34,474 nt of DNA from Candidatus Zixiibacteriota bacterium (GCA_037441845.1 JBBIRK010000007.1:1-34474), one strand, 5' to 3'. Positions 1 to 9,059 are shown, counted from the first letter of the stretch. Made by a program: numbers and translations. The notes: generated from the letters alone by a model not told the origin.

Positions 1-1046
1 TCGCTCGGCGAATAAGCATCCGGCGGACCGTTCAAACTCACCGTCACCTGAGTGATGCTCGAATCCACCGCACCACACGCATCCATGGCTTTTATTTTTA
101 TGGTGTTTACTCCGGCAACCGGAGTAAAACAAACAGAGTCGCCGACTAAAGTCCCGCCTATTACAACCACCGAAGTGACATTGTTATCGGGATCGATAAC
201 GCCGAAACCAGGCAGACAGATCTGACTTAAATTGCAGACAAAAAGAGTAGTATCGACAGGAGAGTAGGCATCGGGAGGAGTATTAACGACAACCGTGATG
301 GTTGTTGTGCTGGTATCAGCCAACCCGCAATCATCGATAGCAATAAGTTTGACCACATGGGGGCCGGGAGTGGCATTGACACAAGCCGAATCCCCGGAAA
401 GATAGCAGCCGACCAAATAAACGGTATCCAAGTTATTATCGGGATCATAACCATAGAACCCGGGTATACAGACGTCGCCATAGGGATTACACCGAAATAC
501 CGTCGTATCGTTGGGAGAAACCGCCACCGGCGGACTGTTCAAACTCACCGTCACCTGAGTGATACTCGAATCCACCGCACCACACGCATCCGTCGCCTTG
601 ATCTTGATCGTGTTCACTCCCACCACCGGAGTGAAACATACCGTGTCACCCACCAACGTCCCATCGGTCACCACCACCGAAACGATATTGTTGTCCGGAT
701 CGGTCGCCCCGAACCCCGGCAAACATAGCTGACTCAAATCACACACGAACAGGCTCGTGTCGCTCGGGGAGTATGCGTCAGGGGGCGAATTAAAGCCGAC
801 CGTGACGACCGTCTGGCAGGTATCAGCTTTGTTTTGAGTATCGCGGGCGATCAGCTTTATGGTATAACTGCCCGGAGACGAAGCTGTGAAACAAACTGAA
901 TCGCCGGCAAAAGTTCCACCTATCGCATAGACCGTATCGAGATTGCCATCGGGATCATAGGCGGAGAAACCATGTAAACAGATAGTGCCCGGGCCGCAGC
1001 GGAAAAGGCTCGTATCATTCGGACAGGAGGCCACCGGCGGACGATT
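1..1046 (-). repeat. Intragenic tandem repeats with a 252-255 nt period (4 complete units plus the start of a 5th)
   Basis: ttcaaactcaccgtcacctgagtgat(g/a)ctcgaatccaccgcaccacacgcatcc occurs at 31-84 and 538-591, 507 nt apart (two units). Protein units share NxPPxAxxPxDT..C....C..GF...DPDxN. Confidence 0.9.
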
Positions 1047-2318
1047 GCAGAACATTCCGACGATCATGTCGTTATGGTCCATGTTGGCCGAGGTGTGATC
1101 ATCATCGATATAAATCAAGTAATCGAAATCACCGGTGGTGCTGAAATTTTCGGTGAATGTGTAGAAATCGTAACTGAAACCCATACCTTTATAAGCGCTG
1201 ACATCGTAGGCCATGAACCACTGATGTTCATTGCTCGACGATCCGGCGGTAAGCGCCCTTTCCGAAAACAGGTAGGAATCGTTGCCGTTGAAAATGGTAT
1301 CGTTGTTTATATCATTTAGCATCCAGAGCCCAATTGAACTGCTGCCGGGTATCGAGGTCATCAGCGATTCGCCCTCGTTGGCAGGGCCGCTGAAAACCAA
1401 CTGGCGACCGGTGCCAGTTCCAAGACCGGTGTAATAACCGAACCGGTTCACGTTTTTCCAATTGGAATACTCTTTCAATAACCGCCAGACCTGATTGCCC
1501 TGGGGAATGGGAAGAATCAGATCGGCGTTGCTGGCCGCCATCGGGGTCAAAGTATCGCCATTGACCACCAGATAAGGCAGATTGGCGGCAATCAATCCGT
1601 CTTCGTCATGATTGAACTCGCCGTTGTATATTTTGACCTTGTGCGGCCTCAAAAACACGCTCGTGGAAAAGTCGATTTCGGAAACGTCATCGCCTTTTGA
1701 ATAATAATTGTCATTATCATAATCGATAAATCCCCATGCCCGACAATCCTGCGATATTTCGGCAAGCAGAATGGTCTTTTCATAATATTGAATTCCATCA
1801 AATACGAACGATTCGGACCAGCCGGATTGCTTTCCCAACGGATTACCCAAATTCCATAGATGATATGGGGCTGTTCGTCCATAATTATCTTGCGCCGAAC
1901 CTTGATACTGGGTGCGATCGGCGGGTTTTCCATCAACCAAAGGCGATATGATACCATGACCGGAAATGCCGAAAATTACCGCACGGTCGTTTAGGCCGGT
2001 CGCGGGCACGAAAACGGTGATCGCTCTGCCGCCGTTGACCAAGCTGCCGGCTATATAGCCATATTCCCCTTCAAGAGGACGGAAAACGGCGGTGAAATTA
2101 TTGGCGATCGATAACGAACCGTCACCCCTGGATTTCAGCAGGCCGTCGGAATCGATATATAATGCGGCGGGATCGTAATAATATGAGGCATCGCGGGCGG
2201 CTACTATGGGACCGGTTGACCCCGATGCGGAAACGGTTAAAACCAACATGAGGATCAAAATGACGGGGTAAATACGAGGTGACGATTGCCGGATAGTCCT
2301 ATAGCGATGGAATTTCAT
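1..2318 (-). CDS. Large secreted protein (partial, continues beyond the window start): signal peptide, DUF4114-like acidic domain, tandem ~85-aa Cys-containing Ig-like repeats
   Basis: Not in the ORF track because no stop lies in the window. ATG at 2318 with GGAGGA RBS at 2321-2326. My manual translation stays open to the window edge: MKFHRYRTIRQSSPRIYPVILILMLVLTVSASG... IYIDDDHTSANMDHNDMIV (DUF4114-like end motif). Repeats then start NRPP/NSPP/NSPP/NTPP/NGPP at about 1046, 791, 539, 284 and 32. Confidence 0.88.
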   Translation of the reverse strand, partial: MKFHRYRTIRQSSPRIYPVILILMLVLTVSASGSTGPIVAARDASYYYDPAALYIDSDGLLKSRGDGSLSIANNFTAVFRPLEGEYGYIAGSLVNGGRAITVFVPATGLNDRAVIFGISGHGIISPLVDGKPADRTQYQGSAQDNYGRTAPYHLWNLGNPLGKQSGWSESFVFDGIQYYEKTILLAEISQDCRAWGFIDYDNDNYYSKGDDVSEIDFSTSVFLRPHKVKIYNGEFNHDEDGLIAANLPYLVVNGDTLTPMAASNADLILPIPQGNQVWRLLKEYSNWKNVNRFGYYTGLGTGTGRQLVFSGPANEGESLMTSIPGSSSIGLWMLNDINNDTIFNGNDSYLFSERALTAGSSSNEHQWFMAYDVSAYKGMGFSYDFYTFTENFSTTGDFDYLIYIDDDHTSANMDHNDMIVGMFCNRPPVASCPNDTSLFRCGPGTICLHGFSAYDPDGNLDTVYAIGGTFAGDSVCFTASSPGSYTIKLIARDTQNKADTCQTVVTVGFNSPPDAYSPSDTSLFVCDLSQLCLPGFGATDPDNNIVSVVVTDGTLVGDTVCFTPVVGVNTIKIKATDACGAVDSSITQVTVSLNSPPVAVSPNDTTVFRCNPYGDVCIPGFYGYDPDNNLDTVYLVGCYLSGDSACVNATPGPHVVKLIAIDDCGLADTSTTTITVVVNTPPDAYSPVDTTLFVCNLSQICLPGFGVIDPDNNVTSVVVIGGTLVGDSVCFTPVAGVNTIKIKAMDACGAVDSSITQVTVSLNGPPDAYSPS

Positions 2319-2491
2319 AATCCTCCTTGGCCGGGTAAAGACAAATCGACACGTGTAAACCTGACATTAAAATTACCTTGCCGGTAATAAACTATGCAAT
2401 TCTATTTTAAAACGTATGGGGACCGCCTTGCGGCGAAAACCTGATTCCTTGATATCCCCAAAGAAGTTAACCGTATTTTGCTGTTGGTTAA

Positions 2492-2520
2492 AATATATTT
2501 TTTCTGATATCCCCTGTCAA
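2492..2520 (-). promoter_or_regulatory. Sigma70-type promoter for the large secreted protein gene
   Basis: Minus strand TTGACA (2520-2515), 17-nt spacer, TATATT (2497-2492). Implies a 5' leader of about 165 nt. Confidence 0.7.
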
Positions 2521-2552
2521 GGAAAATAATTGATTTACGATATTAATTTTAG

Positions 2553-2765
2553 ATGAAAGTCGACTTTTGCCTAACCATAAAGAATGGAATAATAGCCGAC
2601 CGCCGGATAGATTATTTCCAGCTTTCGTGGCATGAGGATCTCACCCCTCTCGAGCTTGCCGGAAGATTCAATCGTTGGCTGTATGACGATGAATTTCTCA
2701 GGAGAAATCTGCCCGATCTGCTTCAGGCAGGGATCTGCACTCTCTCTATAAGCCCTTCACATTAA
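2553..2765 (+). CDS. Small hypothetical protein (70 aa)
   Basis: ATG ORF filling the gap, with its stop 5 nt from the convergent gene's stop and a globular-looking composition. No RBS and no recognised motif. Confidence 0.45.
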   Translation: MKVDFCLTIKNGIIADRRIDYFQLSWHEDLTPLELAGRFNRWLYDDEFLRRNLPDLLQAGICTLSISPSH

Positions 2766-2770
2766 ACATG

Positions 2771-3916
2771 TTACAGGTTTTCCGTGGGTTTTAAAAAAGC
2801 CGATGGAGGGATCGTCTTCAACCCGAGCCCGTCAAGATCCGATTTGATAAGCAATAAAAACGATATCGATTCGACCGCCCCCGGCAACACGAAACATCCT
2901 TTTTCCTGCAATGAAACCTGACCTATACGCTCCATTATTATGGATTTAATCCGGCTTATCTCATCGCCCGCTTCAATAAAATCGCTGCGCCGAAATATCC
3001 GCAATCCGGTCGAATAGGCAAGCGAATCGGCGAAATCAGCCGCGTCATTGCCGTAAATGTAATCCAAATCCAGTTCGGCGGCCGCGGCGATAATTTGCCT
3101 GATAAGAGATCGATCCTGCCGCCCGCTCGATATCAATGAAATCGCTTTGATCTTCGGCACCTGTTCCAATATCGACTTTATAGCTTTTTTGTCCGGCAAG
3201 GACCGTGGAGGCAATTTCACATTTCTTGTTTTCAGTATAATATCCCAGTTGTCGGTATCGGTCGGAACCTCAAGTATGCACTCCCCGCGGCTGCCCTGTA
3301 AAATTTTCGCCAATGCGGCATCCGGGAATTCGCCGAGTTTCAGGAAGAATCCGAAAGCCATGCCGGTTTTTATCAATTCGGCTATCGTTTCCCGCTTTAT
3401 TTTGGCGAACTTCTCTATGGCGAAACCAATTTTTCCCGCTTTCATAGCAGCACCCTTTTCGACCGTGATTCGCGCAATGTTTTCGGCGCCGGCCATAATC
3501 TGCAATTCCGCGACCCACCCATCTTTATTTTCGATCCCTATGCAGACTAATCCTCCCGTCTCATTGCAGACCGATTGAAATGCTTTCATCAGCCAGATCG
3601 GGGGAAGATTCCGGGGCCACTCAAGGACATATTCGAAACGCCCGGCCGCCGTTCCGCCTATAGACCGTAGAGCCCCCCCACCGATTCCGCATCGAGCTCT
3701 GAATCTGCCGAAAAGCGAATCGATCGCTTCCGGAGTGGCTTTGAAAACAGGTGCGATAGAGGAATTGTCCGGTTTTCTTTGCACGACTTCGAAAAGGATA
3801 TTTTGAAACAATATCCCCATGATCGCAATCATCGCGACTAAAACCATCGCGGCAACGGCTTTAACCCACACCGGAAAGATTTTTTTTCGTTTCTTTCTCG
3901 GAATCCAGTCAGTCAT
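2771..3916 (-). CDS. Membrane-anchored divergent polysaccharide deacetylase (YibQ/DUF610)-like protein, degenerate
   Basis: N-terminal basic stretch plus one TM helix. The C-terminal pattern GKIGFAIE...GECILEVP...D(S)LA...GL resembles the family pattern KIAIVIDD...GHEVLLHLP, but the Asp/His ligands are absent. Confidence 0.55.
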   Translation of the reverse strand: MTDWIPRKKRKKIFPVWVKAVAAMVLVAMIAIMGILFQNILFEVVQRKPDNSSIAPVFKATPEAIDSLFGRFRARCGIGGGALRSIGGTAAGRFEYVLEWPRNLPPIWLMKAFQSVCNETGGLVCIGIENKDGWVAELQIMAGAENIARITVEKGAAMKAGKIGFAIEKFAKIKRETIAELIKTGMAFGFFLKLGEFPDAALAKILQGSRGECILEVPTDTDNWDIILKTRNVKLPPRSLPDKKAIKSILEQVPKIKAISLISSGRQDRSLIRQIIAAAAELDLDYIYGNDAADFADSLAYSTGLRIFRRSDFIEAGDEISRIKSIIMERIGQVSLQEKGCFVLPGAVESISFLLLIKSDLDGLGLKTIPPSAFLKPTENL

Positions 3917-4520
3917 TTCGCATCAACGCGATCGATTGATCTTCCCATATCCTTATCCGCATATTGGCATCGGCCGAACGCCGCATCCGAAACACCGCCC
4001 AGCCGCTGGCCTCGAACTGAATGTAATTGAAATCGCCGGAAATGTCCCGCAGCGAGAGATGAAAATTGACTTCCCATCTTTCCCAGATTTCCCCCGGATG
4101 CTCCGTCGAATTGCTGTCTTCGGGAAACTGTCGGAAAGGAACCCAGGTATCCAGTCTGATTTCGTCGAAGGTTTCGAACAGCCTTCGGGTGCGATAAATA
4201 TCGCCCGAAATGCCGTCGCGCGGTATCTCGACTCTTTCGATTTGACCATGACGATCCTGATCTATGTAAATAAAAACGAATTGCCGATCAAGACAGGTCT
4301 CGTAAACGTCTATATCGTTGTTTTCGTAAGCATATTTGAAATTCGAAAGAACGTTGAATGCGGCTATGGAATCATTTCCGTCGTTCTGCGGCAGCACCGG
4401 CGCAAGAAAGCGCGACTCGGCTTCGGGAGGCGCGAAAGGATTGTAACAGGAACAAATAAGCCCAAAACCAACGGCGAACAGCATCGCAAACAAGACCGCG
4501 ATGTTCTTATTGGTATTCAC
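3909..4520 (-). CDS. Hypothetical lipoprotein (possible NTF2-like fold)
   Basis: Hydrophobic signal followed by a lipobox-like ICSC and NPFAP. The segments NFKYAYE..D...Y..CL...F.F and the terminal W.D are shared with the upstream gene. Confidence 0.75.
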   Translation of the reverse strand: MNTNKNIAVLFAMLFAVGFGLICSCYNPFAPPEAESRFLAPVLPQNDGNDSIAAFNVLSNFKYAYENNDIDVYETCLDRQFVFIYIDQDRHGQIERVEIPRDGISGDIYRTRRLFETFDEIRLDTWVPFRQFPEDSNSTEHPGEIWERWEVNFHLSLRDISGDFNYIQFEASGWAVFRMRRSADANMRIRIWEDQSIALMRND

Positions 4521-4521
4521 A

Positions 4522-5127
4522 CTATCTCCTATACATCGCCTTGAACTGTCCCCAGCTCAATCCACCAGGTTGAGCGGGAATATCTTTCCATGAGTCGATT
4601 GTCCAGAAACTGAGCATGGCTTGGCTCAACCTGAAAGTCGCCAGACCGGTCATTGTAGTGGTATCTGCTCCGAGCGAATCGATCACTATGCTGCGGAGAA
4701 TATATTCCCGATAAACAACCGCCAAAGTATCCCCGAGGCTGTCGGGATTATCGAAACTTTCGGACATTATCAGGTCCAATTTCCGGCCGGGAACGTTGAA
4801 AGTCGAAAATATGTTTTGGGCGGTGGATATCTCCACCGACTTGTTCCAATCGTAATAAAGATACCCCGATCCCTGCGCCTCCGCTCTGATTGAATCCTCG
4901 GGCGATGAAAAATAGAAATTCTCACCCAGACACGATTGGAAATTTTGGATGAACATTTCGTTGTAGGAAAAAAGCAGGTTGCGGATCACCGCCTCGGGCG
5001 AGGCCGGCGTTTCCCAGGTTCCCACGATACCGGCGGGCGGCTGCCCCGTGCGCGTTGCAACAGGATTCTTGAAACAACCGCCGATCGCCAGCACGATAAG
5101 AAACAGGAATACGAAAATTTTTTTCAA
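4522..5127 (-). CDS. Hypothetical lipoprotein, paralog of 3909-4520
   Basis: MKK plus hydrophobic stretch plus IGGC lipobox, then NP; NLLFSYNE.....F..CL...F.F; G.A.FR; W.D. ATGA overlap with the upstream gene. Confidence 0.78.
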   Translation of the reverse strand: MKKIFVFLFLIVLAIGGCFKNPVATRTGQPPAGIVGTWETPASPEAVIRNLLFSYNEMFIQNFQSCLGENFYFSSPEDSIRAEAQGSGYLYYDWNKSVEISTAQNIFSTFNVPGRKLDLIMSESFDNPDSLGDTLAVVYREYILRSIVIDSLGADTTTMTGLATFRLSQAMLSFWTIDSWKDIPAQPGGLSWGQFKAMYRR

Positions 5128-6935
5128 AATATATACCTCACTGCGACATTGAGGAAATCGCCTATATCCCGGCTGCGTCCGGGGGCAGTCCAGACTCGAC
5201 GATTGTAAGACGCCGTCAGATTCTGTTCGGCGTCGATTCTCCAGGTAACTGCCAAGGCCGTCGTTTGTTTGAGATCGCGGCCGGCGGTTTGCCTTATTAT
5301 CCCCCCGGGGCCGCTATCAGCGGGAGCGAATACGTAGTTGTAGTCGTTTTTCGACTCCCAGATATATTGCGGCTCGATTTTCAGCCATGCTGCGGGCGAA
5401 TATTCCATTTTCGCCTCTATTCTATGGTATCGTCTGTCCCAGCCGGTGGCTTGCTGCCAGTTGTTCTCGACCCAAAACAGCTTCCCGTAATCCTCATAGC
5501 GGTATAGATATCCCGGCCTGATCGTCAGCGACGATGAACAACGGACCTCGATTCCGGTGTTCCAACTGGCGCGGCGGAAAATCCGATTACGGGTATTGAT
5601 CGTTAGGCGGTCATAATCATAGGAGATGTAATTCGCTTGAATCTCGAAATCCTGGATCAATCGCACGGGTTGCAGGATCGTCCAGCCGAACCGTGATCCG
5701 AGAAGATAGGTCTCGTTTCGGTTGTTATTGGCGGAACTGATCGAATTAATGTAAAGCTGATGAAACAGGCTGTAACCGGTTCTCATCTCGCCCCAGAACT
5801 GCCGATTGAAAATGCGCTTGTACCGAAGATTCATTATCATGGTCCGCTGGTCGCGTTCGTTTATCGTGGGACCGTGAAGACCGTAGAACGAGGTCACTCC
5901 GAACAGGCAATCGAAACCGACGCTGTCTTTCGAGGCTATGAAAGCGCCGGCTTTTATCAAGACCTCGCCGAGCTCCGACCATAGATCAAGCAGATTGCCG
6001 AGAAAATCTTGCTTGTCCGATCGCCATCGGTAAGCGGCCGATACGAAAACCTTTTTTTGCCAGTCTTTATCAATTTGGACGGCATAGTTATAACTTTCAC
6101 TGAAATTATCGCTTTCTGAAAGCAGCGGATGGGAAGAAGCGTTGTCATAATAATAATTCGATCGCCCGGCTCCGGCCGCAGCCCTGATTACGAACAGCCT
6201 GCCGGCGGTCGTTCTCGACAACCAGTTCGCCCCACGTTCGACTTTGACCTGGCGAACCAGGTTTTCGTCCAAGCGCGATCCCGAATAGTATTTTTTTACA
6301 CTTTCCGAATTTTCGAAATTCCACTGTAGGGTGTCGCCGTTTTCCCATACCTTTTCCGTGCCGATAGCCGCCCTGAACTGAGAAAAGGGAATTTTATCGA
6401 GCGCGAACGAGGAATACGACGTAGAAACGCGCAGGGGATACCCCTTGACCGAGATTCTACGAAGGTCGGTTTGCAGACCGAAACTCGGTCCCCGGTTTAT
6501 TTTATCGCCCGATGGTTCGACGCTTTTGCGCCATAGATTGCCGATAAAAGGTTCCGCCCGGATGAATCCCAATCCGGAATAAGGAACAGCGATCTTGAAA
6601 TCGGAAGAATAAATAATGCGATCCTGTAAAGCCGCCCGCGAATGACTCAGGGACGGCGAAATATGCAGATTTTCCAGCAGTCTATATCGCCCCTCGAAAC
6701 CGGCGGTGAGATTTTCCTGCCAGCGTTTTCCGGGCTTTTTGATTAGTATGGAATAACCGTCAAGACCGATTAGAGCCGAAAAGCGCCTTGACTCCAACCG
6801 TCGGTTGTATCTGCTTTCCCAATTGTAGGTGTTATTGTTGCGCGAAAAAACAAAATATAAACCATCGACGGCCTGCGAAAAAACCGGTGAATAAACCGCG
6901 ATAATCAACAGCATGGTTATCTTCAATCGCGACAT
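5124..6935 (-). CDS. Putative outer-membrane beta-barrel protein
   Basis: Sec signal peptide, alternating amphipathic Tyr/Trp/Arg-rich strands, and a C-terminal ...VAVRYIF BAM-type beta-signal. Confidence 0.7.
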   Translation of the reverse strand: MSRLKITMLLIIAVYSPVFSQAVDGLYFVFSRNNNTYNWESRYNRRLESRRFSALIGLDGYSILIKKPGKRWQENLTAGFEGRYRLLENLHISPSLSHSRAALQDRIIYSSDFKIAVPYSGLGFIRAEPFIGNLWRKSVEPSGDKINRGPSFGLQTDLRRISVKGYPLRVSTSYSSFALDKIPFSQFRAAIGTEKVWENGDTLQWNFENSESVKKYYSGSRLDENLVRQVKVERGANWLSRTTAGRLFVIRAAAGAGRSNYYYDNASSHPLLSESDNFSESYNYAVQIDKDWQKKVFVSAAYRWRSDKQDFLGNLLDLWSELGEVLIKAGAFIASKDSVGFDCLFGVTSFYGLHGPTINERDQRTMIMNLRYKRIFNRQFWGEMRTGYSLFHQLYINSISSANNNRNETYLLGSRFGWTILQPVRLIQDFEIQANYISYDYDRLTINTRNRIFRRASWNTGIEVRCSSSLTIRPGYLYRYEDYGKLFWVENNWQQATGWDRRYHRIEAKMEYSPAAWLKIEPQYIWESKNDYNYVFAPADSGPGGIIRQTAGRDLKQTTALAVTWRIDAEQNLTASYNRRVWTAPGRSRDIGDFLNVAVRYIF

Positions 6936-7717
6936 TCGGCCCGCCAGACGAAGAACAATTCGCGAAACGTATCCAAATCGAGATCGGCCGCCCGAACGGC
7001 AGCGTTCCTCGAATATCGAGCCACCAAAGACTCGGCCTCATTCTTCGACAATTTCAAGGATAAACACAGGGAATTGATCAGCAACTTTCTCGGAGAGAAA
7101 AAACAGGCTTTCAAAAATGACCTGAATTCATCGCTGTCGCTATCCCGGTTATGATGCGGCTTCAATTTTACTACGGCCGATCTCACTTTCGGCGCAGGCG
7201 AAAAAGCCCCGGGATGGATCGTAAACAACTTCTCGCACTCGAAAGCGGTGGCGGTAAGCACCGTCAAAAGCCCGTACGCCCGGCTTTTCGGCCTGGCCAC
7301 GAGTTTTTCCGCAACCTCGGCCTGAACCGTGATTATTCCCAGCTCGATCGATTCAACCAATTCGATAAGGCGCCCCAGAATGCCCGCGGTTCTATTGTAG
7401 GGGATGTTCCCGATCACTTTGAATCGCGCCGGAAGCAGATTTTCATCGAAATCGAGAAAATCGAGATTCAGAATCCGCAGGTTGTCGGATTCTCCAAATT
7501 TATTCCGCAGCCGTCGACAAAGCGCTTTATCGATTTCGATTACCGTCAATTTGCGATCATCTCCGATAAGCTGCTCGGTCAATGCACCCCGCCCGGGACC
7601 GATTTCGACGATTTCATCACCCGGCTTTATATCGAGCCGAGCCACGATCTTCTCCGCCAGCGATTGGCTTTTCAAAAAGTGTTGACCGAACCGCCTTTTA
7701 ACTTGAACGATCGACAT
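6923..7717 (-). CDS. rsmA: 16S rRNA m6,2A1518/A1519 dimethyltransferase
   Basis: GQHFL, EIGPGRG SAM-binding motif, GNIPY, Q.EVA, F.P.PKV.S. Confidence 0.96.
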   Translation of the reverse strand: MSIVQVKRRFGQHFLKSQSLAEKIVARLDIKPGDEIVEIGPGRGALTEQLIGDDRKLTVIEIDKALCRRLRNKFGESDNLRILNLDFLDFDENLLPARFKVIGNIPYNRTAGILGRLIELVESIELGIITVQAEVAEKLVARPKSRAYGLLTVLTATAFECEKLFTIHPGAFSPAPKVRSAVVKLKPHHNRDSDSDEFRSFLKACFFSPRKLLINSLCLSLKLSKNEAESLVARYSRNAAVRAADLDLDTFRELFFVWRAECRD

Positions 7718-9059
7718 ATTTACGTACTCTTAGCGGAATATTCATCGAATCGGCGATTTTCTTGCATGCCGCAAGATCGACCTCGGGCAGGTCGACCACG
7801 CTGAATATGGTTTCGACCCCGAGCGCCCGGCAGCCGCCGGCGAATTTCAGCATGGCGGCATAGGCGCTTTCGCCGAATTGCGGACGGCAGATTTCGCTGT
7901 ACGTTCGTGAGTCCTGCGCGTTCAAGCTCACGCTGACTATATCTATCAATCCGCGTAACTTACGCGGGAGATCGGTCTTGTTTATCAGACTCCCCTGCCC
8001 GTTGGTGTTCAATCGGATCGGCACGTTTTTGCTTTTCAGCTTTCGGGCGATCTCGAGCATCAAATCCGCCCGCAACGTCGGTTCGCCGATTCCACAGAAT
8101 ACGATCTCGCGATAGTCCGAAAGTTTGTCGAGCTCCAGTATGATCTCGTCAAATTCGGGTTCGTGGTCGAGCAGAAGATTATGGCCGGCGACACGCATGC
8201 GGTTTTGACGAAGACAAAAGCGGCAATTGTTGGTGCAACGGTTGGTAAGATTGATATAAACGCTGTCTCCGATTTCATAGATTATTTTGGGGGGATCCGC
8301 CAGCGGCAGAACTAACAACTCGGCTGCATTTCTGGAGGTAATTCGTTCGATATCGCGATAAGAATATCGGGGGAAGACTTCGGCGAGTTTCTCTATCACA
8401 TATTTGACGTTGTCGGGACGGTTTCGCTTTCCCCGGTGCGCCTGAGGGGAAAGGTAGGGACAGTCGGTCTCGACCACGATACGGGACAACGGCACTGCGG
8501 CGGCCGTCTCCGGTCCTCGGGATTTCGGATAGGTTATCGGCCCGCCGAAAGCTATATGGAAACCCATGGCCACTCCCTCGAGGGCTTCGTTTTTGTCGCC
8601 TGGGAATGCATGCAGTATACCCCGCTTGACAGGGCTTTTTTTCAGGATATCGTAACAATCCTTCATCGCCTGACGGATATGCAGTATGACCGGCAATTTT
8701 AAGCTGCCGGCGAGTTCGAGTTGTTGAATGAACGCTTTTTTTTGTATATCAGCCGGCGATAAGTTGCGATAATAATCGAGCCCGATTTCGCCTATGGCGA
8801 CCACTTTGGGGTGGGCCGCCATGATTTCGATTTCTTTCAATTTGCTGTCGTCGAGGTCTTTGGAATCGTGCGGATGGAAGCCGACGGCGGCGAAGATGAA
8901 ATCATATTTTTCGGCCAGCTCGATGCTTGCCCTCGACGATTTCATGTCCACCCCGATATTGACGATGAATTCAACGCCATGATCGCGGCATTCCTCTATC
9001 AGCCTGTCTCTATCGCTGTCGAATTGCGGAAAATCAAGATGAGCATGCGTATCGATCAT
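7698..9059 (-). CDS. tatD: TatD-family nuclease fused to a C-terminal TatD-associated radical SAM domain
   Basis: Start re-assigned to MIDTHAH (ATG 9059, GGAG RBS upstream). TatD motifs DTHAH, GFHPH, GEIGLDY, ETDCPY. C-terminal YINLTNRCTNNCRFC (CxxxCxxC), FCGIGEP, NTNG, SVSLN. Confidence 0.92.
   Translation of the reverse strand: MIDTHAHLDFPQFDSDRDRLIEECRDHGVEFIVNIGVDMKSSRASIELAEKYDFIFAAVGFHPHDSKDLDDSKLKEIEIMAAHPKVVAIGEIGLDYYRNLSPADIQKKAFIQQLELAGSLKLPVILHIRQAMKDCYDILKKSPVKRGILHAFPGDKNEALEGVAMGFHIAFGGPITYPKSRGPETAAAVPLSRIVVETDCPYLSPQAHRGKRNRPDNVKYVIEKLAEVFPRYSYRDIERITSRNAAELLVLPLADPPKIIYEIGDSVYINLTNRCTNNCRFCLRQNRMRVAGHNLLLDHEPEFDEIILELDKLSDYREIVFCGIGEPTLRADLMLEIARKLKSKNVPIRLNTNGQGSLINKTDLPRKLRGLIDIVSVSLNAQDSRTYSEICRPQFGESAYAAMLKFAGGCRALGVETIFSVVDLPEVDLAACKKIADSMNIPLRVRKYVDRSS

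Noticed and set aside
1..600. Near-identical DNA repeats as a possible CRISPR array or DGR template/variable pair
   Set aside because: The repeats are in-frame coding units at a 507-nt period, differences are not confined to adenines, and no cas or reverse transcriptase gene is present.
227..1957. ORF-track entries 227-481, 357-728, 1074-1319, 1649-1957 and 1736-1951
   Set aside because: All are alternative-frame or antisense shadows of the single long minus-strand CDS starting at 2318.
2319..2490. c-di-GMP-I (GEMM) riboswitch in the leader
   Set aside because: GNRA-like loops are present, but I could not find the GGCAAA...GAAA...GCAAAG arrangement of that family.
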